DNA from: an uncultured Elusimicrobia bacterium
Lineage (GTDB): Bacteria; Elusimicrobiota; Endomicrobiia; Endomicrobiales; CAIRNS01
DNA length: 64,000 bases
Direction of reading: 5' to 3'
Assembly (NCBI GenBank): GCA_903880015.1
Contig: CAIRNS010000002.1
Location: 16,330-80,329, forward strand
A program made the translations under genes and the position numbers. How positions within the stretch are numbered: the first letter of the stretch is position 1; every line of letters begins with the position of its first letter. A model generated the notes under the pieces. That model was not told the origin of the DNA and made no database searches. It was given only the letters and a program-made list of their open reading frames with translations. Positions 29,231 through 37,808 of this stretch are shown here, piece by piece.

Positions 29231-30277
29231 ATGAATCTACTTGCGATTATTCTCATCGTTATTGCCGGACTGCTTATTGTCGTTATAGTAGCCGGAATAT
29301 TTCTTGCTCAGGCGCAGCAGCGGCAGATGTTGAATACCGCCGAGAATATGAACCGACAGCTTAACGCGGTCTCTGACATAGTAAACCGCCAGCTCAACGC
29401 CGTCACCGAGCAGATGGCGGCATCGCAAAAAACCATCGGCGACCGGCTCGACAGCGCGGTTAAAGTTGTCGCGGATGTGCACAAGGGGCTGGGAAGTTTA
29501 AGCGAAGCGTCTACCCGGATATTTGAGGTCGGCAAAGATATTTCAAAGCTCCATGACATCCTGCACGCGCCGAAACTGCGCGGCGGGTTGGGCGAGCTTC
29601 TGCTCGGCGATTTGCTGGCGCAGGTACTGCCGAAACAAAACTATGTGCTGCAAAAAAAGTTTGCCAGCGGCGAAACGGTGGACGCCGTCATACAACTCGG
29701 CCAGGGGATGGTGCCGGTGGACGCAAAATTCCCGCTTGAGAATTTCCGTAAACTGTTGGACGCGCCGGATGAAGCCGAGAAAAAAGCTCAGCGGCGAAAA
29801 TTTACCGCTGATGTTAAAAAACATATCGACGCGATCGCGACCAAGTACATTCTTGCCGATGAAGGGACTTTTGATTTTGCCCTGATGTACATCCCTGCGG
29901 AAAATGTGTATTACGAAACCATCATCAAAGACGACATCGCGGGCGAAAACGCGGATATTGCCGCATACGCTCTGCAAAAACATGTCATCCCGGTATCGCC
30001 CAACTCGTTTTACGCCTACATGCAGGCCATCGTTCTCGGCTTGCGGGGCCTGCGGGTGGAGAAAAGCGCGCAGGAAATTCTTCAGCACTTGTCCCGCCTC
30101 AAAGGCGATTTCAGCCGGTTCCAGGATGAGTTCGATATCCTCGGCAAACACATCACCAACATCAAAAACAAATATGACGATTCCGCCAAACGCCTCGACA
30201 ATTTCGGCGCAAAACTCGCCGTCACCACGGAAAACCACCCCCCTGATGAGCTTCCTGCCCCCCATCCCGAAATATAA
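29231..30277 (+). CDS. rmuC: DNA recombination protein RmuC
   Basis: 348-aa ORF with an N-terminal TM helix, a coiled coil and the conserved RmuC core (RGGLGELLLGDLL...VDAKFPLE...MYIPAENVYYE). Confidence 0.85.
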   Translation: MNLLAIILIVIAGLLIVVIVAGIFLAQAQQRQMLNTAENMNRQLNAVSDIVNRQLNAVTEQMAASQKTIGDRLDSAVKVVADVHKGLGSLSEASTRIFEVGKDISKLHDILHAPKLRGGLGELLLGDLLAQVLPKQNYVLQKKFASGETVDAVIQLGQGMVPVDAKFPLENFRKLLDAPDEAEKKAQRRKFTADVKKHIDAIATKYILADEGTFDFALMYIPAENVYYETIIKDDIAGENADIAAYALQKHVIPVSPNSFYAYMQAIVLGLRGLRVEKSAQEILQHLSRLKGDFSRFQDEFDILGKHITNIKNKYDDSAKRLDNFGAKLAVTTENHPPDELPAPHPEI

Positions 30278-30368
30278 TGATTTTGCTGTTATATACTCTC
30301 ACTATTGCGACGGATTATTATACTCAAATACATTTGCCCGAAAAGCGCAAAAGTAGTACAATAGCAAC

Positions 30369-31697
30369 ATGCCGTTGGCGGATAGTACGCCGAGACCACG
30401 GGAGTCGACGATAAAGACAGATTCTGCGTTGGCAAAAATCCTCAGTATTTTTTTCTCATTCGTTCTCCTGGGCTGCATGGAAATCGGCGCCAGATTTATT
30501 GTGTTGCCTACTGACCGCCTGCAGGAAGTACTTACCATTCTTCGCCAAGACCCCGTACTGTTGTGGCGGGTTAGAGAACGGTTGGCTGTCCCGTTTCAGG
30601 GCAGGCGCGTAAAAACCAATGAACTGGGTCTGCGTAATCCCGCCATCGCTGCCCCGATTTCATCGGCTCTCAGAGTCGTCTGTATGGGCGAATCCCTTAC
30701 CTTTGGATGGGGAGTAAATGAAGAAGAGGCGTACCCCCGCGTACTTGAAAAAATATTGCAGGAACACGCCCCCAGTGACCGGCGCATCGAGGTTATTAAC
30801 GCGGGGCAGGTGGGATACTCTTCATATCAGGGCCTGCAATTCTTTGAAAAAGTAATCGCACCTCTCGCCCCGGATGTCGTTACCATTCCCTTTGTAGTCA
30901 ACGATGTCGATCTCTTTCGTTTTTTCCGCAACGACGGGAGAAGCGACCGGGAAGTTTTGTTGCCGAACCCCCTGCTCATGCGCGGCGAAGCCGTATTACG
31001 CCATAGCGCATTGTTTAGATTAATGACGAGAGCGGTCCATAAACTTACTACCAATGCCCCCGCAGTCGGGGCGGTGCGCGTTTCCCCATCAGAATATGAA
31101 GAAAATCTGCGGGCGTTGGTATCAGCGGCGCGCAAACGGGGGATTACGATTGTTTTTGTTAAAATCCCGGTCAATCTTCCCTCAACGCCGGCTCTTCCCG
31201 ATAAAGATAAGGACCAGGCCCAGAAATTAAAAATTGCGGGACAAGCCCTGTATGCCGGCGGTGATTATGCCGGTGCCGCACGAACGCTGGAACAGGCCGC
31301 TGTCGTAAATCCGTATGATGGAACCATTTTTACCGATTTAGGAATGGCATACAAGGGGAAAAAAGATCTCGCCTCAGCACGACGCGCATGGGCGCGGGCG
31401 AAAGATTGCGAAGCGTACCGATGCCGCGAGCGCGGGGACGCATATAATGGTATCATGGACCATGTGGCGCAATCCTTGGGCGTTCCCTTAGCGGATATCG
31501 TTTCTCTTTTTTCGCACTATGCCACACAACACAGCGAGCGTCTTTTTATTGATCCGCACCTTGATCCCATCCACCCCACCCCTCGCGGGCACGAACTGAT
31601 CGCCCGCGAACTGGCGAGAGTAGTTATGGAAAAACATGCGTGGTGGTTAAAAGAAAAAACGACTATATTGCACACGACACATTCGGAGGGAAAATGA
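30369..31697 (+). CDS. Membrane-anchored SGNH/GDSL hydrolase with a TPR-like insertion
   Basis: N-terminal TM helix. Block I is VVCMGESLTFGWG, with a Gly block NAGQVGYSS and VVND. A TPR-like segment (AGQALYAGGDYAGAARTLEQA...) sits before block V, DPIHPTPRGH. Confidence 0.65.
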   Translation: MPLADSTPRPRESTIKTDSALAKILSIFFSFVLLGCMEIGARFIVLPTDRLQEVLTILRQDPVLLWRVRERLAVPFQGRRVKTNELGLRNPAIAAPISSALRVVCMGESLTFGWGVNEEEAYPRVLEKILQEHAPSDRRIEVINAGQVGYSSYQGLQFFEKVIAPLAPDVVTIPFVVNDVDLFRFFRNDGRSDREVLLPNPLLMRGEAVLRHSALFRLMTRAVHKLTTNAPAVGAVRVSPSEYEENLRALVSAARKRGITIVFVKIPVNLPSTPALPDKDKDQAQKLKIAGQALYAGGDYAGAARTLEQAAVVNPYDGTIFTDLGMAYKGKKDLASARRAWARAKDCEAYRCRERGDAYNGIMDHVAQSLGVPLADIVSLFSHYATQHSERLFIDPHLDPIHPTPRGHELIARELARVVMEKHAWWLKEKTTILHTTHSEGK

Positions 31698-31864
31698 ACG
31701 ATTTAAAAACAAACCGCGAGATTCTACGACAGATCTTAGTTCTGATTATGATCAACCGCAAATGGTGGCTACTGCCGTTTTTTGTTGTGCTTGCTTTCTT
31801 AAGCCTGTTTGTGGGTTTGGCGGGCAACCAGAGCATTCTCCCCGCTATTTACGCACTGTTTTAG
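31694..31864 (+). CDS. DUF5989-like 56-aa membrane micro-protein
   Basis: MNDLKTNREILRQILVLIMINRKWWLLPFFVVLAFLSLFVGLAGNQSILPAIYALF. The RKWWLLP...P(A/F)IY(A/T)LF pattern matches my recollection of DUF5989. GGAGGG lies 4 nt upstream, with an ATGA overlap with the preceding gene. Confidence 0.6.
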   Translation: MNDLKTNREILRQILVLIMINRKWWLLPFFVVLAFLSLFVGLAGNQSILPAIYALF

Positions 31865-31951
31865 TACATCGCCTGACTTGTTTGCATTGACCATCACCTG
31901 AACGATACCGCACAAACAAACAGTGTTTTAACGAGAACAAGAGGATTATTA

Positions 31952-34027
31952 ATGAAGTTTTCGGCTCGCGCTATCTTGGTTCCCATCGGCTTTTTCCTGG
32001 TAGGATCTATTGTTTGTCTTTGCTTGCTTGAAATATCCATGCGTACCGCTGCATACTGCTACAATCACGCTCACCATAAGGACACTACGAATGCTGTCAA
32101 TAAAACTGCCCCTGTCGCCGTTGCCTGTTTCGGGGATTCGTTTACCGAAGGCGGTCATGCGCCGTATAAAGAAATTTACCCCTCTCAACTGCAGGAAATG
32201 TTCAATGCTGCCGGCGAGAATGTGCGCGTTACTAATTACGGGGTGTGTGAATCAAACTCGACCCAACTATACCGAAAATTGGTACAGGTCACCAAAACTG
32301 AACATATTGATTATTTGATTCTTTTGACCGGAGCGACGAATCGATTCAATTTCACGGGATACAATGACAGTCCGGCGGCTTACTTTATCAAAGGATTGCT
32401 CGTTGCCCGTCTTGCCCATGTCTTCTGGATTTATGTCAAAGATTACGAAGCCCGCCAGTTCGCTCACCACGCCAGTTCTCCTGCCCCATCTGATGGTGAA
32501 CTTTTCCGCTTATACGATGTTGATATTTTAGGGTTTAAGAGAGATTATACCCAAGGACAATTCCCCCTGATTGATGCAATACTGCAAAAACACAATATTG
32601 TTGTTGACTCCTTCGGATTATTCACGGCACAACAACTTCTCGACGCTTTTAATGAACTGCTTACCATGCCGAATCTTTCCCAGATTCTTCACAATGAAAA
32701 GGGACTCTCGACAGTTCGCCTGCACACAGAAAGCAAAGACACCATCAACATAAATAGGGACCGATTGGTCAATGTATATCCACACGCAGTGGTGGCGCTT
32801 CGCCCATTCTTTTTCGAAAGCATTGGATTAGAGAAACCTGTTTTGACCACATCGGATGGTAATCGTCCATTTTTATTCAATTTCTTGGAATTGGAAGGAA
32901 GTATGTCGATTGACACAACCCAACCCCAGATATTTCAGCAATCCCTTATTCGCGAAAAATTTGTGGCAATTAGCAAAGTGATACACCAAGCGCGGTTTTC
33001 TGATGCTTTGCTGCAACTGCGCCAGCTAGTAGCCACAGACGCGAAAGATCCTCGTATGTACGCCGCTATGGGGGAATGCTATGAAGGGATGGGCGATTTT
33101 TCTTCCGCGGAACAAATGTACCGCTCGCTAATCCCCCTATCTTTGGAACATGGCAACCTTGTGCTGGGGAAATTTTATGTACGCCGGGGAAATGATGTCA
33201 TGGCTGAACGATGTTTCCGTCAAACGCTTAACCACAACCCTCAAGATGGGTATAGGGAACTGGGCATGTTCTACCAGGACCGTCATAGATTTTCTGATGC
33301 GGAGAATGCTTTTAAACATGCTGCCATATATGTACCCCGTAGCGCAAATATTAATCTGATGAATCTTTACGCTGACAGTGGACGATTGGAAGAAGCAGAA
33401 ACAAGATATACCGACCTTCTCGACAATAGACCTGACACTGATTTAGCGCAATTCGCTATCTATTATTACGCCCAGCATGGCAGATATGCTGATACTATTC
33501 GTTGTTTAATTCAAGCTATCGACAAGGGGGTGCATGATATGACTCCCCTTTGTTTTTTGACGAAAATATTCCCGCTGCAAAGCACATATAGTGCCAGCGA
33601 TGTACTGAAAGTCATGGATCGGGCTGTCGCTCGAGAACCATTGTTGGCAAAAGAACCGACTTTCCTGAGCTACAGAAAATACTTCAAAAACTCCCGTGCA
33701 TTCGAGAAAAAGCGAGACGAGTGGTTGACGAACGACCTCGAAAGTATTGCACTGTTGTGCCGGGAAAAAGGCATACCCCTTATTGTTATGAATTATCCAA
33801 TCCCCTACTCTCCGATAAATAAAATATTGTTTTCTTTTGCCCACCGGAACGAATTCCCCTTCATCAATTTGGCACTGACGTTCTCGGCACTCATTGACCA
33901 ATACGGCATGAGCAAACACTTCATGCCTGACCATGGCCATTGTAATATGGAAGGGAATCGCATCATAGCTAACCGTGCATTTAGATTACTACAGGCATTG
34001 CGCACGCCCTACCCCAAGAAGAAATGA
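31952..34027 (+). CDS. Membrane-anchored SGNH/GDSL hydrolase split by a ~400-aa TPR-containing insertion
   Basis: N-terminal TM helix and block I VACFGDSFTEGG. TPR repeats follow (AAMGECYEGMGDFSSAEQMY..., ELGMFYQDRHRFSDAENAF...), and block V is MPDHGHCNMEGN near the C-terminus. Confidence 0.6.
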   Translation: MKFSARAILVPIGFFLVGSIVCLCLLEISMRTAAYCYNHAHHKDTTNAVNKTAPVAVACFGDSFTEGGHAPYKEIYPSQLQEMFNAAGENVRVTNYGVCESNSTQLYRKLVQVTKTEHIDYLILLTGATNRFNFTGYNDSPAAYFIKGLLVARLAHVFWIYVKDYEARQFAHHASSPAPSDGELFRLYDVDILGFKRDYTQGQFPLIDAILQKHNIVVDSFGLFTAQQLLDAFNELLTMPNLSQILHNEKGLSTVRLHTESKDTININRDRLVNVYPHAVVALRPFFFESIGLEKPVLTTSDGNRPFLFNFLELEGSMSIDTTQPQIFQQSLIREKFVAISKVIHQARFSDALLQLRQLVATDAKDPRMYAAMGECYEGMGDFSSAEQMYRSLIPLSLEHGNLVLGKFYVRRGNDVMAERCFRQTLNHNPQDGYRELGMFYQDRHRFSDAENAFKHAAIYVPRSANINLMNLYADSGRLEEAETRYTDLLDNRPDTDLAQFAIYYYAQHGRYADTIRCLIQAIDKGVHDMTPLCFLTKIFPLQSTYSASDVLKVMDRAVAREPLLAKEPTFLSYRKYFKNSRAFEKKRDEWLTNDLESIALLCREKGIPLIVMNYPIPYSPINKILFSFAHRNEFPFINLALTFSALIDQYGMSKHFMPDHGHCNMEGNRIIANRAFRLLQALRTPYPKKK

Positions 34028-35535
34028 ACCGAAAACTATTGTTTATCCGCACCTATATTCCCGCAGGGACCGGTGGCCCGCTCCCGCCAGTGGAGCTTTT
34101 GTCTTTGGCGGCCTTCCTCTTGCGCGACGATACCGCAAAAGCCGACATAAAGATTATCGACACAGGTCTGCTTCCTGCACCTATCATTGACGCTGTCCGA
34201 GAAATACTCGCCTCTTTTGCCCCTGATATTGTCTGTTGCAGCAGCCTCCCGTGGGAAGCTGGGCTTGTCCACGCTATCGCCGCGATAGCGCGCAACCAAG
34301 CCCGCCCGCCGATGTTTCTTGTGCATGGACAGTTGCCTGCCCTGCTCGGGGAAGATCTGTTGGGTGATGTGTGTATCGATGCGGCTATCATCGGCGATGG
34401 CGAAGAAATCCTGCGAGACATTATTGCCGGTTCTATCACCGCGACAGAACTGGCACGCGTTGATGGACTGCTGTGTCGCCAAGCAGGCGTTTCCCGTTTA
34501 ACGCGTGCACGAGAACCTTTACATAATCTTGATGATACCATCATCAGCCCTGAAGCATGGGCTTTGGTGGATATATATGCCTACAGCCGCCAGCAGGGAT
34601 GGAATGGCTCGCTCACTGAAAAAATATACTTGCCTATCGTTACTTCCCGTGGCTGTCCCTTCGGGTGCACCTACTGCAATATCCCGGCGACTGTCGGTAA
34701 AACTTTCCGGACACGCACCCCGGAGAGCGTAGTAGCTGAGCTTTCGTCACTGCATCGCGCTTTCGGAGTCAGGGAATTCCATATTTTTGACGCCGCGTTC
34801 AATGCCAACCCGGACCGCGCCGCCGAGATTTGCCGGCAAATCATTGCCGCCGGATTACCCATTACGTTGGCCTTCCCTCACGGACTGCGTGCTGATTGTA
34901 TGACCGAAGAACTAATTGCACTTCTCAGAAAAGCGGGCACTTATAAAATCGTTTATGGCATTGAAACAGCTTCGCCCCGCCTGCAGACAATGATTGGCAA
35001 GAATTTAAACTTGACGCAGACCCGTCGCGTCATTTCCGTTACCGCGCGCGAGGGGATCATCACCGGCGGGTACTTTATGCTGGGGCTACCGACAGAAACC
35101 ATTGATGAAATGCGACAAACCATTGCGTACGCCGTTGATTCTGAGCTTGAAGTAGCCAGTTTTTTTAAAATGCTTGATTACACTGAGTTTCGCCGAGCGT
35201 ATCGGGCTTGGGGGGATGCCCGGACCGACCAGAAATACGACCCCACTGCGTTCTCTGCGTTAACATATTTTTCACGAGACCGCGGATCTGACACGGTCCC
35301 CACCGCAACTCTTAACGCCCTGCTGGCAGAAGCTCAACGTGCATTTTACTTTCACCCGCGCCGCCTATGGCGGTTATGGCGGAAATCACACTCAAAACTT
35401 CATTTCCTAAACAATTTATTCAGCGCCGCTGTCACCATGTTTGCGGCCTACCTGCTTGTCGCCGGCTCGCGCTCCTCAGCGAAGAACACAATCGCCCCCG
35501 GATCGAAAAAAAAGAGATTTAAAGGTCTTCACTGA
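34024..35535 (+). CDS. B12-binding-domain radical SAM protein
   Basis: N-terminal Rossmann-like B12-binding-type domain, then SRGCPFGCTYCNI (CxxxCxxC). ATGA overlap with the upstream gene. Confidence 0.8.
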   Translation: MNRKLLFIRTYIPAGTGGPLPPVELLSLAAFLLRDDTAKADIKIIDTGLLPAPIIDAVREILASFAPDIVCCSSLPWEAGLVHAIAAIARNQARPPMFLVHGQLPALLGEDLLGDVCIDAAIIGDGEEILRDIIAGSITATELARVDGLLCRQAGVSRLTRAREPLHNLDDTIISPEAWALVDIYAYSRQQGWNGSLTEKIYLPIVTSRGCPFGCTYCNIPATVGKTFRTRTPESVVAELSSLHRAFGVREFHIFDAAFNANPDRAAEICRQIIAAGLPITLAFPHGLRADCMTEELIALLRKAGTYKIVYGIETASPRLQTMIGKNLNLTQTRRVISVTAREGIITGGYFMLGLPTETIDEMRQTIAYAVDSELEVASFFKMLDYTEFRRAYRAWGDARTDQKYDPTAFSALTYFSRDRGSDTVPTATLNALLAEAQRAFYFHPRRLWRLWRKSHSKLHFLNNLFSAAVTMFAAYLLVAGSRSSAKNTIAPGSKKKRFKGLH

Positions 35536-35659
35536 AAGATATATTAGATATAATTGCTGTACTAACATGATAAATCTGTTGACATAGTAAATGAACCCCC
35601 TGAAGGAAAAGTCACCCAAAACAATGTACCATCAGCAAAAATCAACATGAGGAGCATAT

Positions 35660-36553
35660 ATGCACACCATTAAAGCACTGATTGGCACCATGCGGGTTCC
35701 GTTTTTGGTATTAGCGCCGGCTTGTGTCGGCGTGGGGGTTGCAACCGCCTGCTGGCAAGTCCATGCATTAAACTGGTTACAGGTAATTATTGTTTTTATC
35801 GGCGGGCTCTCGGCCCATATATGCGTAAATGTGTTTAACGAGTATTTTGATTTCAAAAGCGGGCTTGACGCTACGACCCAACGCACGCCATTTAGTGGCG
35901 GAAGCGGCACACTGCCTGCGCAACCGGCGATGGAAAGAAATATCCTTTTGCTTGCCATAGCAAGCCTTCTCATTACTGCTTCTGTGGGTGTTTATTTTGT
36001 CTGGCTGCGCGGCTGGATGTTGTTGCCGCTCGGTATTTTTGGTTTGGTACTGCTGGTGACCTACACCATCTGGTGGGTTAACAATCCCTTAGCCTGCCTC
36101 ATGGCGCCCGGCCTCGGGTTCGGCGTCCTTATGGTTATGGGCACCCATTTTTCCTTAACCGGGTTCTACAGCTGGACAGCATTCACGGCATCTCTGGTCC
36201 CCACTTTTTTGGTCAGCAACCTGTTGCTGCTTAATCAATTCCCGGATGTTGAAGCCGATAAAAACACCGGTCGTCGGCATTTTCCCATTACCATCGGACG
36301 GAAAAACAGCAGTAATCTGTACGGCACATTTCTATTAATGACCTATGTTTCGATAGCAGGTGGCGTGCTCTTGGGAGTATTGCCAATATTTTGTCTGCTG
36401 GCTCTGTTAACGGCGCCGATTGCCTGGAAATCATATACGGGCGCATATAAACATGCCGATGATGTTCCATCCCTCATTCCCTCAATGGGCATGAATGTAG
36501 TGATAAATCTTGCCACGCCGGTATTACTCGCCATCGGGCTTTTTATCGGATAA
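35660..36553 (+). CDS. UbiA-family aromatic prenyltransferase (MenA-like)
   Basis: 297-aa polytopic ORF with NEYFDFKSGLD (NxxxDxxxGxD) and a second Asp-rich region, NQFPDVEADK. Confidence 0.75.
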   Translation: MHTIKALIGTMRVPFLVLAPACVGVGVATACWQVHALNWLQVIIVFIGGLSAHICVNVFNEYFDFKSGLDATTQRTPFSGGSGTLPAQPAMERNILLLAIASLLITASVGVYFVWLRGWMLLPLGIFGLVLLVTYTIWWVNNPLACLMAPGLGFGVLMVMGTHFSLTGFYSWTAFTASLVPTFLVSNLLLLNQFPDVEADKNTGRRHFPITIGRKNSSNLYGTFLLMTYVSIAGGVLLGVLPIFCLLALLTAPIAWKSYTGAYKHADDVPSLIPSMGMNVVINLATPVLLAIGLFIG

Positions 36554-36569
36554 CATCCGCCATAAAAAA

Positions 36570-36611
36570 ACGGCCTTCTTCTTTCCCGTTCAAGAGAAAG
36601 TTGAAGGCCGT
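36570..36611. terminator. Bidirectional rho-independent terminator between convergent genes
   Basis: AAAAAAA-ACGGCCTTC...GAAGGCCGT-CTTTGTTT. The 9-bp GC-rich stem is extended by 5 further pairs, with A and T runs on either side. Confidence 0.7.
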
Positions 36612-36627
36612 CTTTGTTTAAAGACAA

Positions 36628-37065
36628 TTATTTTGTTTTGCCTTCTTGGTGGCAATGTTTCTTCATTTTCTTTTCCATCTTTTCTTTGCGTTCTGCTTTC
36701 ATCTTGTCAAATTTCGCTGATTGTTCGGGAGTAAGAATCGCTTTTATGCTTGCATCGGTCGTTTCCATGTCCGCTTTGCAGGCCTCACGCATTTTCTGCA
36801 TTTCCGCTTTTCTCGCCTCTGCCTTCTCCTTCATGATGGCGGATATCTTTTCTTTCTGCTCCGGCGTGAGATTCAATTCCTTGCTCATTTTATCGAGATG
36901 CTTTGCCTGCATTTTATCCATGGATTTTCCCATGCCTTTATCGCACATCTGCGCTTGGCCGCACATCTGCATGGCGTCGTCCTGCGCATACGCCAAACTG
37001 TACCCCTGCATCCCTATCACACAACCAATGGCTATCAATATTGTTTTTTTCATTGTTTCCCTCAC
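36628..37065 (-). CDS. Spy/CpxP-family periplasmic chaperone-like protein
   Basis: 145-aa ORF with a signal peptide, two LTPEQ motifs (LNLTPEQKEKI, ILTPEQSAKF) and a Lys/Glu-rich helical sequence. Confidence 0.75.
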   Translation of the reverse strand: MRETMKKTILIAIGCVIGMQGYSLAYAQDDAMQMCGQAQMCDKGMGKSMDKMQAKHLDKMSKELNLTPEQKEKISAIMKEKAEARKAEMQKMREACKADMETTDASIKAILTPEQSAKFDKMKAERKEKMEKKMKKHCHQEGKTK

Positions 37066-37394
37066 TTTTTTCGCCCGAAACGCGTCCGGACTTAGCTGCG
37101 CGAACTTTTTGTTTGCATTTTCGGTAGCACTATTCCCCTACAAACAACATGCAACATTGTGCCTGGCAGAGCGGAGCCCGCCCCTCCTTTCGTTTCGGTT
37201 AAACCATAACTTCTATATTGTGCATTTCCACATCTTAACACCGCAAACCCATTTCCGCTTACATGAGATTAGACAATCCATTATACATAAAAGTTTCCTT
37301 AAGCTGACCTACTCCCCCTGCGCGACAATAAAGGGCATGCTTGCTAAATTGAGTTTTTAAGTTCCACTATGCTAAACCTAAGGAAAAATCAGGG

Positions 37395-37423
37395 TTGAAG
37401 CGCACGGTTATTTTTGATATAAT
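37395..37423 (+). promoter_or_regulatory. Promoter of tRNA-Glu
   Basis: TTGAAG-N17-TATAAT, ending 26 nt before the mature tRNA 5' end. Confidence 0.5.
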
Positions 37424-37449
37424 TCAGCAGAGTAAAATTTGTTTCAGCT

Positions 37450-37526
37450 GCCGCCATCGTCTAGGGGTTTAGGACATCGCCCTCTCAAGGCGGAGATCAT
37501 GGGTTCAAATCCCATTGGCGGCGCCA
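37450..37526 (+). tRNA. tRNA-Glu (anticodon CUC) with genomically encoded CCA
   Basis: Hand-folded cloverleaf. Acceptor GCCGCCA/TGGCGGC, D stem GTCT/GGAC, anticodon stem TCGCC/GGCGG with loop CT-CTC-AA, T arm ATGGG-TTCAAAT-CCCAT, discriminator G and CCA. 77 nt in total. Confidence 0.85.
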
Positions 37527-37599
37527 ACCTTTAAACCGGCATTTATAACAATATTGATTGTTTTGAGTTTTTTTCTGCATTGTTTCTGACCCCTCCGTT

Positions 37600-37740
37600 G
37601 TCATTCCCGAGGGGGTAATCGGGAATATGGTGCTGGCGTTAGGGATTTTTAAAACCATATCCCCGATAGAACCATTCGGGGATAACAGGCGGGCAAAGCA
37701 TTCGAGGTGACGGGCTGACGAGGCCTTTCGGGATGACAAG
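37600..37740. repeat. Family-2 hairpin repeats: two full copies in inverted orientation plus a partial copy
   Basis: GTCATTCCCGAGGGGGTAATCGGGAATATGG (37600-37630). Its relative in reverse orientation is CCATATCCCCGATAGAACCATTCGGGGATAAC (37655-37686). A partial copy CGGGATGACAAG lies at 37729-37740. Confidence 0.75.
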
Positions 37741-37808
37741 CTGACGAGATATTAGGGAATACCCGGTTTTTAGAAAGATAATCATGCAGCTTATTTCAGG
37801 GGGATGTA

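Noticed and set aside
37148-37167. Sigma54-like -24/-12 element (GGCAC-N4-TTGCA) upstream of the Spy/CpxP gene on the minus strand.
   Set aside because: The spacing between GG and GC is 9 nt rather than the required 10 nt, and no enhancer-binding-protein gene is nearby.
36614-37360. 248-aa plus-strand ORF overlapping the Spy/CpxP gene.
   Set aside because: It is antisense to a gene with clear signal-peptide and LTPEQ motifs. Its translation is low-complexity (Phe/Ser/Cys/Leu-rich) and it runs into non-coding repeat-containing DNA.
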